64,000 nucleotides of DNA from Dehalococcoidia bacterium (GCA_965197585.1 OZ240215.1:768001-832000); one strand, 5' to 3'. Numbered from the stretch's first letter, positions 25,419-35,027 are shown. Notes: generated by a model not told the origin, from the sequence alone. Program-made: numbers and translations.

Positions 25419-27791
25419 CTAGCGCCCGGCGCCGACCGGCTCTTTCTCGCGCTGCTCTTCCTGCGTCATTGCCCACTCGAACATCGATAGAGTCGCGGAC
25501 TGGGGTTTGCTCTTGCGGCCCCTGGAACCGACAGGTTCCTCGACTAGGAACTCCGCCCAGGAGAACAGTGATTGCTGCGGCTCCGGCGCCTTGCTGTCGT
25601 GATGGCCGTTGCCGTTGGCGCCATTGCCGTTTGCGGGTGCGTGTCGGTTGGCCGGGAACAAATCCACCGTCGGCCCGATGCCCTCGATGGCGTCGTGGTG
25701 ACCGTTGGCGTGCTTACCGTTCCCGTTGGCCGTGACGGCCTCCGGCTCGATCACGACGGCCTTCCAGCCGTCGTCCACCAGGTATTCCTCGGCGGTGGTC
25801 TCGGCGTCCCTGGCCCGGGAGAAGACCTCCTCCACCGTCTCTGCCTCGGCGTCGTCGCCGCTCACGATTCTGCGGGCCAGGGCCATCATCAGGTCGTCGC
25901 CGTCGTCGCCGTAGGCGGCAAGGCCGTCCTCGGGCAGCTCTCCCTCCACCGCAAGCGATGATTGGAGCTTCTTCGCCACCAGCTTCAGGGCGTCGGCCTG
26001 CAGCGTGTTCCGGTAGGACATGAACACCACCTTCACGGGGCGGGTCTGCCCGATGCGCCACGACCGGCGGGACGCCTGCCGCATGACGTAGACCGAGTAG
26101 TCGGTCTCGTACCAGCAGATGGTGGGGAAGTCGATGAGGTCGAGGCCGGTCTGCACCAGCCTGGGGTGGCAGATCATCACGTCGATGCCTTGCTTCACCT
26201 TTTCCGCCACCCACGCCTCCCTGCGGTCCGGGGCCACGGCGTCGGCCTTCATCACGGCTACCCGGAACCCGTGCCGGGTGAGGATGTCTTCCATCCGCCC
26301 GGTGATGTCCCTTGTGCCCGTGTGGGTCGCGTAGACCAGCACCCTGCGGCCCTCCAGCCGCTCGGCGGCCACCAGGTCGACCAGCGCCTTCTCCTTGGGG
26401 TAGAGCCTCTCCTCGGTGAGGGGCGGCACCTGGACCAGGGGGTTGCCGGTCTGGGGGTCGAAGACCGTCTCCCCCCTGGTGCAGCCGTCGGGGTAGGCCA
26501 GCAGGGTCTGCAGGTATGTGGCCAGCAGTTTCTTGGATCCCTTCTTGAGCGCATCGGCCAGGGCCTTGCGGAGCTTCTCGAACACGGCGTTGTAGGCGCT
26601 GCGCTGGGAGTAGCCCGTGGAGTCCTCCTCGGAGTCCATGGAGGAGAGGAGGATCTGCTCGTCGTAGACGGGCAGCCCCGATGCCACGTCGGAGAGCCGT
26701 AGGAAGACCGAGTTGCCTATGAGGTGGAAGAGGGCGGCAGGAGCAAGGCCGGGCCTCTCCCTGGTCACCTTGCGGTAACTCTTCCTCCTGCTGAACCTGC
26801 CGTCCTCCGTGGAGTCGTCGTCGGGCTTCCCCATGGAGTGTTCGAGGAACCCGTACCGCTGTATCCACCTTCCCTCCTCGGAGCGGCCGAACTCCGTCCT
26901 GATCTCCGGGGAGAACCTGTAGAGCAGGTGGAAGATGGTTGAGGAGTAGCCGCCGAGCAGCGTGCCCGTCAGGCTGAGGGACTTGCCGCAGGCGTCGGCC
27001 AGGACCCCGGCGGCGATGCCCTGGGCCGATCCCCTTCCCTTGTACTCGTGAATCTCGTCCCCGATCAGCAGGTCGAAGAAGCCCCTCATCCTGTGTTTCA
27101 CGTAGTCCGACAGGGGGTAGCGCCTGGGACCCGAGTGATCGGCCTGCCAGAGGGGAGAGCCGCAGTGGTCGCAGGTGTGCTTACGGCGGCTCAGCCCTGC
27201 GTCGGTGAGGGGAACGCCGTCCCTGTCCACGATCTGCGCGGCACAGCCGGGGCAGCAGGGGACCCGGAAGGGCTCACCCGTCTCCTCGTCCCGCACCAAC
27301 CTTCCCGCCGCCGCGGCCCACCGCCGGACGGCGGCGGCCTTCCACCGGTACGAGAGCTTGGCCCGCTCCCTGGACATGACGGCGAACAGCGGGCCGATGC
27401 CGGCGGAGAGGCGGAGCCGCTCAAGGTCGGTGATGGAGGTGACGATGGCCGCCCGGGCGAAGGGAACGGTCTGCTCCACCTCCCTTTTCCACTTTTTGGT
27501 CAGGTGGGGCGGGCAGAGGATCAGTATCCTCCTGAACCCCGCCATGTGGGCGGCCGCAGCCCCGATGAACGTCTTTCCCGTGCCCATCTCCCCGACCACG
27601 GTGGTGCCCCGGTGGGTCCTGAGGGACAGGGCCGCGCCCCGGATGGCGTCCTCCTGGGCGCCCAGGGGCGTGCGGAGCAGGTGGGGCAGCTTTCGCCCGT
27701 TCTCCGAGGGACGGTAGAGGGGTGGGTAGGACTCCACCACCCTCTGGGCGATGGCCTCCCTGTAGCTGTCTATGAACTCTCCAAGGTTCAT
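25419..27791 (-). CDS. SF2 (SNF2/DEAD-like) helicase with Zn ribbon
   Basis: GEMGTGKT, LIGDEIH, LTGT, QTGLDL, QASRRSWRIGQ; CPGC...CDHC. Confidence 0.9.
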   Translation of the reverse strand: MNLGEFIDSYREAIAQRVVESYPPLYRPSENGRKLPHLLRTPLGAQEDAIRGAALSLRTHRGTTVVGEMGTGKTFIGAAAAHMAGFRRILILCPPHLTKKWKREVEQTVPFARAAIVTSITDLERLRLSAGIGPLFAVMSRERAKLSYRWKAAAVRRWAAAAGRLVRDEETGEPFRVPCCPGCAAQIVDRDGVPLTDAGLSRRKHTCDHCGSPLWQADHSGPRRYPLSDYVKHRMRGFFDLLIGDEIHEYKGRGSAQGIAAGVLADACGKSLSLTGTLLGGYSSTIFHLLYRFSPEIRTEFGRSEEGRWIQRYGFLEHSMGKPDDDSTEDGRFSRRKSYRKVTRERPGLAPAALFHLIGNSVFLRLSDVASGLPVYDEQILLSSMDSEEDSTGYSQRSAYNAVFEKLRKALADALKKGSKKLLATYLQTLLAYPDGCTRGETVFDPQTGNPLVQVPPLTEERLYPKEKALVDLVAAERLEGRRVLVYATHTGTRDITGRMEDILTRHGFRVAVMKADAVAPDRREAWVAEKVKQGIDVMICHPRLVQTGLDLIDFPTICWYETDYSVYVMRQASRRSWRIGQTRPVKVVFMSYRNTLQADALKLVAKKLQSSLAVEGELPEDGLAAYGDDGDDLMMALARRIVSGDDAEAETVEEVFSRARDAETTAEEYLVDDGWKAVVIEPEAVTANGNGKHANGHHDAIEGIGPTVDLFPANRHAPANGNGANGNGHHDSKAPEPQQSLFSWAEFLVEEPVGSRGRKSKPQSATLSMFEWAMTQEEQREKEPVGAGR

Positions 27792-28068
27792 GGGGCGTCT
27801 CCTTTCTTGAGAGCACCCCACGGAACCTCAGAGCGTCCGCCTCCCAACGTCGGGCGCACGTGGCCCATTGACGCAAGGCGCACCTCGCCCACTACTTCCC
27901 CAGGGGGACGAGTTTGTGAGAGGGTGCCTGGGCGGAAAGCCCTGGGGAGTGCCGTGAGGCACCCTTCGCTGTCTGCGTTCTCCTGGATGTTGCATTTCCA
28001 AAGCTGCGAAGCCCTGTCCTTCGATAGAGCAGGGCGGGGCCTGGTTTGCGGCTCTCGGTGCGAGTGGT

Positions 28069-28263
28069 CTATGCGGCGTTCGGGAATTCCTCCCGCCGCC
28101 CTGCCTCGTCGTAGCAGCGGCCCCGCAGGTGGTAGGACTTCACCCGGGAGGAGACCGCCCGTCCGCCGATGATGTCCACCGAGGCGGTCTGTATGGCGGG
28201 TTCGCCGGGGGCGATGGGCTGCCCACACCGGCCGCAGGCGTCGAGGGTCATGGTCGACTGCAT
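28069..28263 (-). CDS. Small zinc-finger-like protein
   Basis: CGRCGQPI...YH..RC; RBS-like AGGAAG. Confidence 0.5.
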   Translation of the reverse strand: MQSTMTLDACGRCGQPIAPGEPAIQTASVDIIGGRAVSSRVKSYHLRGRCYDEAGRREEFPNAA

Positions 28264-28378
28264 CTTCCTGCCTCTCTTTCATCAGTAGGGTCTTGTGTCC
28301 AAACAAAGCGAGGCCCCGCGGTTCCCGGTGGAGGGATGGCGGGGCCTTCGTGGTGCGGCTCGGATGGGGGGAGCCGTC

Positions 28379-29419
28379 TTATGCTGCGATGTCGGCTATC
28401 TCGCCGTCATCCAGGTCAAGGGCCGTAACGGTGGTTGTAAGCCTCTCCCGGTAGACCTCTTTTTGAGGGGTGTCCTCCACCAGGACCGTGTCCTTGGAGG
28501 TGCGGCCCTTGACCAGGATGCGCCTGCCGTCGGCCTCCAGCACCAAGTTGTCCAGGAACCCCGCCGCCACCAGCATGGCCATGTGGCCCCGCCGCAGGGG
28601 CATGAGGGGCCGGGTGCGGCTGTCCCCGGCGGGCCACAGGACGTCGGTTACTGCTGGGCTGGCCCACAGCCCCGATGTTCGGGCCTCCCTGGCCGCCGCC
28701 ACCGGGTCCACCGTGCGGGTGGCGAACAGGATGTCGCCAGCGGGGGTAATGGTGGGGGAGTAGACCGGGTAGTCGTGGGGGTAGAGCTCCTCGGGCTCTC
28801 CATATGCCCACTCCCTCACCCGGTTCTCTGCATAGGAGTTGGGGGATGGCTCCGACTTCCGGTACCCCATGAGCACCACCTGGTCGAAGGCTTCCCTCTC
28901 GGGCCTGGGGAAGGCCCAGCAGCGGAGCGTTGCGTAGTGGGTGGCCAGATAGCGGGCAGAGACGGCCAGCCGGGCCCTGGGGACGATGAAGACCAGCAGG
29001 CCGTCCCCGGCCAGGTAGCGGGTGCAGTGGGTGAGGAAGCGGTGCTCCACCCTCTTCTCGTTCCCAGCATCCCAGTCGTAGGGGGGGTTGAGGTATAGGA
29101 GGCCGAAGGCGCCGTTGGCCATGGAGGTGCCGAAGAGGTCGGAGGCCAGGGCATGGTCTAGCCAGACCTTGGCCTCTTCGGCCCGCTCCTTGTGCAGCTC
29201 CACGCCGAAGGTCTCGACGGGCACGGCGTTGGGCCTGCCCAGGCGCCCGGCCAACTGCGCCACGGCCTCACCGGCCCCGCAGCAGGGGTCGAGGATGCGC
29301 AGCGTATTCCCCCTGCTGTAGTAGGACAACCTCGGGGTCTCTATCAGGGTTGCCATCAACTCCACAACCCGGTCGGGAGTGGGGTAAAAGCCCCCTTTGG
29401 CCTGTGCTGCAAGTCTCAT
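28379..29419 (-). CDS. N6-adenine DNA methyltransferase (DUF6094-like)
   Basis: GFYPTP, LDPCCGAG (motif I), LYLNPPY (motif IV). Confidence 0.88.
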   Translation of the reverse strand: MRLAAQAKGGFYPTPDRVVELMATLIETPRLSYYSRGNTLRILDPCCGAGEAVAQLAGRLGRPNAVPVETFGVELHKERAEEAKVWLDHALASDLFGTSMANGAFGLLYLNPPYDWDAGNEKRVEHRFLTHCTRYLAGDGLLVFIVPRARLAVSARYLATHYATLRCWAFPRPEREAFDQVVLMGYRKSEPSPNSYAENRVREWAYGEPEELYPHDYPVYSPTITPAGDILFATRTVDPVAAAREARTSGLWASPAVTDVLWPAGDSRTRPLMPLRRGHMAMLVAAGFLDNLVLEADGRRILVKGRTSKDTVLVEDTPQKEVYRERLTTTVTALDLDDGEIADIAA

Positions 29420-29811
29420 GTCGTATCTCCTTTCGCTATCGTGTCGATGCCCCGCACCTCGCCCGTGGCCAGGGTGGCTTGGAAGCAGAGTTCCTCGTCT
29501 ATCCTCTTGCCCTCGGCGCCGACGGTGCAGAGAGCCGTGACTATCGCTGTTTCCGGCGCAGCGACGACCCGCCGGACCAGCGTAGAGCCACCCTGGGGCA
29601 GGTCATACCTGTAGAGTGGAACCGTCCGGTCTCTGACGTCCTCCTCCGTCGCTTTCTCGTAGAAGTGGGGTTGACCGAACTGGCAGACGTGACTGGAGGG
29701 GCCGTGCAGACAGAGAGGGCAGGCCTCGCCGTCCAGGCAGTAGTGCCGCCAGGCCCTGTTATCCTCATCGCTCCACTGCTCGGCGGTCTTGAGGAATCTA
29801 TCCATCGTCAC
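29416..29811 (-). CDS. Hypothetical protein (CxxCxH motif)
   Basis: Coupled to both neighbours; AGGAGG RBS. Confidence 0.55.
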   Translation of the reverse strand: MTMDRFLKTAEQWSDEDNRAWRHYCLDGEACPLCLHGPSSHVCQFGQPHFYEKATEEDVRDRTVPLYRYDLPQGGSTLVRRVVAAPETAIVTALCTVGAEGKRIDEELCFQATLATGEVRGIDTIAKGDTT

Positions 29812-30436
29812 CCTCCTCCTTCAGGGTGAGAGTGCCCAGGGCCACGGCGTCCGACAGGTCGTCCCTGAGCTTCTCCGAGTCGGGCGAGCAGACCCAGGCC
29901 CATATCCCGGAGGACTGGAGGGGTGCGATTTCCCCGTTGCGCAGGCCCCGGCGCCAGAGCCAGGGGGCCCAGGAGCGGTGCAGCGGCAGGGGGCTGCGCC
30001 GGTCGAGGAACCGGTGGTGGAGGGCCGGGGCTTCCTCCTTCGAGCGAGCCAACAGCAGGAAATCCTCCCTCTCGAAGGCGAACTCCGCCAGGCGGGTGTA
30101 GACCATCGCGTGCCAGCCGCCGGTGGTGTGGAGACGGGATATCTTCGTGGTCCAGGTTCCGATGGTCTGGTGGGGTATCGAGCAGCGCAGGAAGCCCCCG
30201 GTGAGCTCTCCCCCGTCGGCGCCCCGTATCAGGTGGGCCGCCTCGGGGGGCTGCTTCAGCAGGGATGCCCATATGGCCTTGAGGGCAGTCTGGGGCCCGA
30301 CCATGGAGAGGAACCACAGCTCTTGTGAGTCGGGGTCCCGGGCGAAGGCGTCGGAGGTGGCGGAGAACCCCGCGGCACTCACGGTGTAGAGGTCCTGGGC
30401 ATTCATGGGCTCGGTTGCGGTTTGGGTTGCGGCCAT
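29798..30436 (-). CDS. Hypothetical ICE backbone protein
   Basis: AAAGGAGG RBS; globular-looking 212-aa ORF inside the operon. Confidence 0.65.
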   Translation of the reverse strand: MAATQTATEPMNAQDLYTVSAAGFSATSDAFARDPDSQELWFLSMVGPQTALKAIWASLLKQPPEAAHLIRGADGGELTGGFLRCSIPHQTIGTWTTKISRLHTTGGWHAMVYTRLAEFAFEREDFLLLARSKEEAPALHHRFLDRRSPLPLHRSWAPWLWRRGLRNGEIAPLQSSGIWAWVCSPDSEKLRDDLSDAVALGTLTLKEEGDDG

Positions 30437-30475
30437 GTCGGCCTCCTTTCTGATGATGGAGGGGTGCGGCGAGAG

Positions 30476-30988
30476 TCATAGGGCCGGAAAACAGCCCAAC
30501 TCCTTGAGGCTGGCGAACCCCTCGTGGCCTATTACCACGTGGTCCAGCAGGTCGATGTCCAGCATCTTCGCCGCCCGGTAGAGGTCGCCGGTGAGGGCCC
30601 TGTCCTGGGAGCTGGGAGTGGGATCGCCGCTGGGGTGGTTATGAACCAGGATGAAGTGGGGAGCGGACTCGGCCACGGCGGGGCGCAGCACCTCGGCGGG
30701 CCTCACCACCACCGAGTTCACGTTCCCCTGGTAGACCACCCTCTGTCCCACGACCCGGTTCTTGACGTCGAGGAGGAGCACCCTGAGCTGCTCCTGGGCC
30801 AGGGGCGTCATCTCAGGTCCAAGGAGCCGGTGCACGTCCCCGGGGCAGTTGATGGATGGAGCGTCGTCATTGTGCGGGGGCCTGGTCTCGACCTGGTAGC
30901 GGACGGCCAGCTCGGAGAGGATGCCCAGGTTGCTCCTCAGGGCCGCCAGCAGGACGTCGTTCTCGGTGGATGCTTTGCGTTGTTTCAT
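30476..30988 (-). CDS. radC: RadC-like JAB domain protein
   Basis: QEQLRVLLLD, ILVHNHPSGDPTPS.QD, LLDHVVIG. Confidence 0.92.
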   Translation of the reverse strand: MKQRKASTENDVLLAALRSNLGILSELAVRYQVETRPPHNDDAPSINCPGDVHRLLGPEMTPLAQEQLRVLLLDVKNRVVGQRVVYQGNVNSVVVRPAEVLRPAVAESAPHFILVHNHPSGDPTPSSQDRALTGDLYRAAKMLDIDLLDHVVIGHEGFASLKELGCFPAL

Positions 30989-31112
30989 TTTGGTTCTCCT
31001 GTAGGGTTGATGGGGCCGGGAACAGCAACGGGGCCGCTCTCCTGCGTGGAGAGCGGCCCCGTCATGCACCCGCTTCAGACGGGTGTCATCGTGCGGCTGA
31101 AAGTTGCATCGG

Positions 31113-31475
31113 CTAGAAGGGCAACTCCTCGTCGCCCTTGTCCTTTGACCCGTTGTGGGAGTCGAGGAAGACGACCTCCCGGGCGTGTACCTCGGTGCGG
31201 CGGCGCCGCTGCCCGTCTTCGGTTTCCCAGCAGTTCTGCACCAGGCGGCCCGCCACGTAGATGCGGTTGCCCTTCTCCACGTACTCGTTCACCGCTTCGG
31301 CCTGACGACCCCAGCAGACCACGTCGTGCCAGTCGGTTTCGCTGTTCCCGTCCTGCTTGCGCCGGTCTGTGGCCAGGTTGATCCGGGTTATGGCGGTGCC
31401 GCCTGGGGTGTAGCGCATCTCCGGCTGGGCGCCGACGCGTCCCAGCAGCTCCACTTTGTTCACTGTCCTGCTCAT
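31113..31475 (-). CDS. ssb: Single-stranded DNA-binding protein
   Basis: VNKVELLGRVG, TDWHDVVCWG, C-terminal DEELPF; start MSRTVN after AAGGAGG. Confidence 0.93.
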   Translation of the reverse strand: MSRTVNKVELLGRVGAQPEMRYTPGGTAITRINLATDRRKQDGNSETDWHDVVCWGRQAEAVNEYVEKGNRIYVAGRLVQNCWETEDGQRRRRTEVHAREVVFLDSHNGSKDKGDEELPF

Positions 31476-31597
31476 CTCGGTCCTCCTTGTCGTAAAGGGG
31501 GGTTCGAGCTGAGCTCGAACCCGGCGTGGAACACGGCGAGGCCGTCCTTCCCATAGGGGAAGAGACGGCCCCGTGGTGCGCTCCCCTGGGGGAGCGT

Positions 31598-32041
31598 CTA
31601 TGCGACCCGAACGAACTCGGCGTCGTGCTCGGCCACGGAGGGCCGTACCACGCTTACGGGTAGCGTCTTCTCCATCGCTTGGACATCCTCCTTCACAAAA
31701 CCCTTGAGGATGTGGGCGATGCCGTCTCCCAGGCCCTGGACGAATACCGATCTGCCGCCGGGCAGCCGGTTCAGCCGGGGCTCCATGCCGCCGACGCCCC
31801 GGCACTGGTCGACCACGTCCTCGATGGGTGTGCCCCGCCGCAGGTGCAGCGATATGAGCCTGCAGGCAAGCTCCGTCACCCCCTGTTCGAAGGCGCCGGA
31901 CTTGCCCATCCTGCCGAAGACCTCGAAGGGATCGCCGCCGCCGTCCAGGGCCACGGTCAGGTAGAGGTCTCCGTGGGAGGTGGCCAGCGCCGTGGTGCTG
32001 CTGGGCAGGACCCTCGGCCGTGGTCTCAACGTTTCAGTCAT
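31598..32041 (-). CDS. Stand-alone TSCPD-like domain (NrdJ C-terminal/NrdJb-like)
   Basis: RPRVL...GDLYLTV...PFEVF..MGKSG...RLISLHLR.G.PIEDVVDQ.RG...DGIAH.L. Confidence 0.7.
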   Translation of the reverse strand: MTETLRPRPRVLPSSTTALATSHGDLYLTVALDGGGDPFEVFGRMGKSGAFEQGVTELACRLISLHLRRGTPIEDVVDQCRGVGGMEPRLNRLPGGRSVFVQGLGDGIAHILKGFVKEDVQAMEKTLPVSVVRPSVAEHDAEFVRVA

Positions 32042-32324
32042 TCTTGTTGTCCTCCTCTCTCAGGCAGTGGGGGCACCGGACGAGCCGCAGCCCCAGCCGG
32101 GCCTGTATTTCGGGGGTGTACTTGGAGTGGACCCTTCGGAAGAGGTCATGGGCCCTCTCGATGTCCTTGTCACCGATGGGCGTGTCGCCAGGGAACATGA
32201 ACCGGTCGGCCACCTCCTCGATCTCCCTCCGCAGGCCGTGGTCGCCGACCCGGTCGACCTGGTACCAGAGCATGGCAAGGCGTTCGTCCACCAAGTCGAC
32301 TAACGTCGCGCTTGTTTCCGTCAT
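32034..32324 (-). CDS. Hypothetical protein (C-terminal CPHC)
   Basis: AAAGGAG RBS; overlaps the next gene. Confidence 0.55.
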   Translation of the reverse strand: MTETSATLVDLVDERLAMLWYQVDRVGDHGLRREIEEVADRFMFPGDTPIGDKDIERAHDLFRRVHSKYTPEIQARLGLRLVRCPHCLREEDNKND

Positions 32325-32402
32325 TGACAGTCTCCTTTCATCCGGTAGGGAAAGAGCGGGCGCCTCCCACGAAGGGACGTGCCCGCTCCGAGCGCCGGGC
32401 CC

Positions 32403-33182
32403 CTAGGCCGCCTTCTGCTCCTGCTGCCTCTCCTTGAGCTTCCGGGCTGCGCTCTTCACCAGGGGCTCCAGCTCGTCCACGGTGAGCTCCTCAAGCCCCT
32501 TGCCCGTCCTGCTCCTGGTGGCCTCCCTCACCTGCTCCTCGCCGAACCCCTGCTCGGCCCCCAGGTTGATGAGACCCGTCTTCAGGGCCGCCAGCTGGGG
32601 CTCGCCGGAGTTGTCATCCCGGCTCTGGGGGGCTTCTCGTGAATCCCTTGCCGGAGCCCGCTTTGCCGGGTCGCCGTAGAGAGCGTTCCCAAACTGGTCG
32701 CCGAAGCTCCTGAGCGCCCTCTTGAGAGCGTCAGTGACTGCCCCCTTGTATGCGGTCTCGTGGTCATCGATGGTCTCCCCGTTCACGGCGTGGAACCCCA
32801 CGTCGGTGCGGGAGGGGGCGCCGGGGACGTCAACCCTGACCGTGGCGGCGTAGGCGTGGGAGGTCCTCAGGTCTCCGGTCTCGGCGTTTATCATCTGGAC
32901 GTCCCGGAGGTTCACGCCACCCACCACCTCGTAGCCCCAACCCCCGTGTCCGAATATCCGGTTGGCCTGGGCGATGGCGGTGTGGCCTTCCAGGTAGGAG
33001 TAGGTGCGGTTCTTCCGGCCTGTGCGGCGTGACACAAGGGAGGGGTCGAGGGGGTGGGACAGCTCTTTGGTCACCCGGGGTGGGAGGCTGTCCCAGAGAA
33101 GGTCCAGTTCCCTGTCGCCCAGTGGGGCGGCGTCGGGCTGGACGCCGCCTGAGCTTCCATTTCTTTGGGTTCCGTTGGTCAT
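32403..33182 (-). CDS. Rad52/Rad22-family (Sak-like) ssDNA annealing protein
   Basis: YLEGH.AI.QANRIFGHGGW, DVGF, AYKGAVTDALKRALRSFGDQFGNALY. Confidence 0.9.
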   Translation of the reverse strand: MTNGTQRNGSSGGVQPDAAPLGDRELDLLWDSLPPRVTKELSHPLDPSLVSRRTGRKNRTYSYLEGHTAIAQANRIFGHGGWGYEVVGGVNLRDVQMINAETGDLRTSHAYAATVRVDVPGAPSRTDVGFHAVNGETIDDHETAYKGAVTDALKRALRSFGDQFGNALYGDPAKRAPARDSREAPQSRDDNSGEPQLAALKTGLINLGAEQGFGEEQVREATRSRTGKGLEELTVDELEPLVKSAARKLKERQQEQKAA

Positions 33183-33463
33183 GTCGAATCTCCTTTGCAG
33201 TGCTCATCTGGGTTGTTCCAATGGACCGAGGCGGGCCCACGATGGGTCCGTAAGCGGCGCCTGTACCGGTGTAATCGGTACAGGCGCCGGCGTGGAGCGG
33301 GCATAGGTCTTCCCGTGCAGGGCGCGCATGGGCGCGGACCGACAGGGAGGAGAGGGGGAAGAGCTATGCAAAGGGGCGGGTGGGGATTGGAAAAGGGGGA
33401 TTTGAGAAAGGGGTAGTGGGAGAGGGCCGGGGCTTTAGCGCAGTGCGGGGCAGGGGTGGCCCC

Positions 33464-34528
33464 CTACCGGGCGGCTTGTGCCGCCCTTTCCAGCAGGCGC
33501 AGGAACAGGTCCCTTCCGGTGGCAAGGGACGCGAGCTCGGCCATGTCGTCCATGCCCCTGGGCAAGACTACGGCGGCGGCCCTGGGGCCCAGCAAGTACG
33601 CAAGGCGGGCCGTTGCCTCCCTGCCCGCATCGTCGGCGTCGAAGGCGAGGAAGACCTGGGGGCAGCCCATGAGGGCTCCGGCCACCCGTTCCAGGCCCCG
33701 TGTGCCCAGGGCGGCACAGGCGGGGATGCCCCAGTGGGCAAGGACAAGCCAGTCGACAAGGCCCTCGGTGAGGACGACCCACCGGGGTGCGCGTCCCAGC
33801 CTTCCCAGTCCAAGCACCGGCTTGGGGCCGGGAGGGGCCTGGAACCGGGGCACGGCGCCGGGGTCAAGGGCCCGGCCCCCAAGCCAGCGGACAAGCCCGT
33901 CGGAAAAGTCAGGCACGACGATCATGCCGGCGAACCGCTCGGTGTCCCGGCCCAGGAACAGGCCCGAGTCCCGCAAGCCGGCCTCTCCGAAACCCGCAAG
34001 CTCAAGGTGGCGGCGAAGCCCGCGGCCCGGAACGTAGCCGACGCCAAGCCGCAAGGCACCGTCCAGGCCGATGCCCCGGGACGCAAGGCATCCCCGGCCC
34101 TCGGGGCGGCGCCTGAGCTCCCGGGCGTAGAACCGGGCTGCCGCCGTAAGCAGGCCCGGGTCCCGGTGTGGGAGTGGGAGTTGCCGAGCACTCCCTGAAC
34201 CGGGGCCCCGCCTAGGCCGCCTGGGGGCGGAAGGGTTGGCGGGTTGAGGGGCTCCGCCCAGCCTTCGTATCGCCTCGGGCAGGCTCAGGCCCTCGACCCT
34301 CTGCACGAAGTCCAGGACGTCTCCCCCGGCGCCGCAGCCGAAGCAGTAGTATCGCTCCGTGTCGCCGTACACCGTGAAGCTGCCCTCGACCTCTTCGTGG
34401 AAGGGGCAGACGCCCTGTCGAACCCGGCCCCTGCCCCGGAGCCTCACACCCGACTCCTCCACGACGGCGCCCAGCGAGTGCCGGGCCTTGAGAGCCGGGA
34501 TGTCCACGGGAGCAGTGGCTAGGACCAT
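33464..34528 (-). CDS. DNA primase (CHC2 zinc finger + TOPRIM)
   Basis: CPFHEE...YYCFGCGAGGD, LTEGLVD, LAFDADDAG; start MVLATAP after GGGAGG. Confidence 0.9.
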   Translation of the reverse strand: MVLATAPVDIPALKARHSLGAVVEESGVRLRGRGRVRQGVCPFHEEVEGSFTVYGDTERYYCFGCGAGGDVLDFVQRVEGLSLPEAIRRLGGAPQPANPSAPRRPRRGPGSGSARQLPLPHRDPGLLTAAARFYARELRRRPEGRGCLASRGIGLDGALRLGVGYVPGRGLRRHLELAGFGEAGLRDSGLFLGRDTERFAGMIVVPDFSDGLVRWLGGRALDPGAVPRFQAPPGPKPVLGLGRLGRAPRWVVLTEGLVDWLVLAHWGIPACAALGTRGLERVAGALMGCPQVFLAFDADDAGREATARLAYLLGPRAAAVVLPRGMDDMAELASLATGRDLFLRLLERAAQAAR

Positions 34529-34992
34529 GACCCACCTCCCTTCTCCAGGGTCTTCAACCCCCGGAGGCTGCCGCGGGAGACCACCTTGCCGGGCAGCCAG
34601 CGCATCCCCAGCACGGCGACAACTTCCAGAGCGGAACCATTCCGGGAGACCAGGGCCGCTGCCCGGCCGGTGCCGGGGCTGTAGACCAGGACCCCCTTCT
34701 TTCCAAACCGCCGCCGGACCAGGTCCAGCCACTCGGAGTACGCCCAACAGGCGTCCCTCACCGGGGCATTGGGGGTATCCACCTCGGACAGGACCGCCAG
34801 GGCCCCGTCCAGGTCCGCGGCCTTCCTCAACCTCCGGGCATCGTGGATGATCTTCGCCACCGTCGGCGCCGGCACAGCGCTCTCTTCTTCCCGCACTCCG
34901 AACAGAGCCTCGATCACCCTGTCCACCAGCTCTTCCAGGCTGTGCCGTGTCCTCACCGCCCCACCGTTCATCGTTATCGCTTGCGTTGTCAT
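34519..34992 (-). CDS. Hypothetical protein
   Basis: Start MTTQAI after AAGGAG; overlaps the primase start. Confidence 0.55.
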   Translation of the reverse strand: MTTQAITMNGGAVRTRHSLEELVDRVIEALFGVREEESAVPAPTVAKIIHDARRLRKAADLDGALAVLSEVDTPNAPVRDACWAYSEWLDLVRRRFGKKGVLVYSPGTGRAAALVSRNGSALEVVAVLGMRWLPGKVVSRGSLRGLKTLEKGGGSWS

Positions 34993-35027
34993 ATCGAACT
35001 CCTTTCCTTCCTGCTTTTGCTTACTTA

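Noticed and set aside
31113-34528. Prophage interpretation of the primase/Sak/SSB genes
   Set aside because: No terminase, capsid, tail or lysis genes, while a full conjugation module is present
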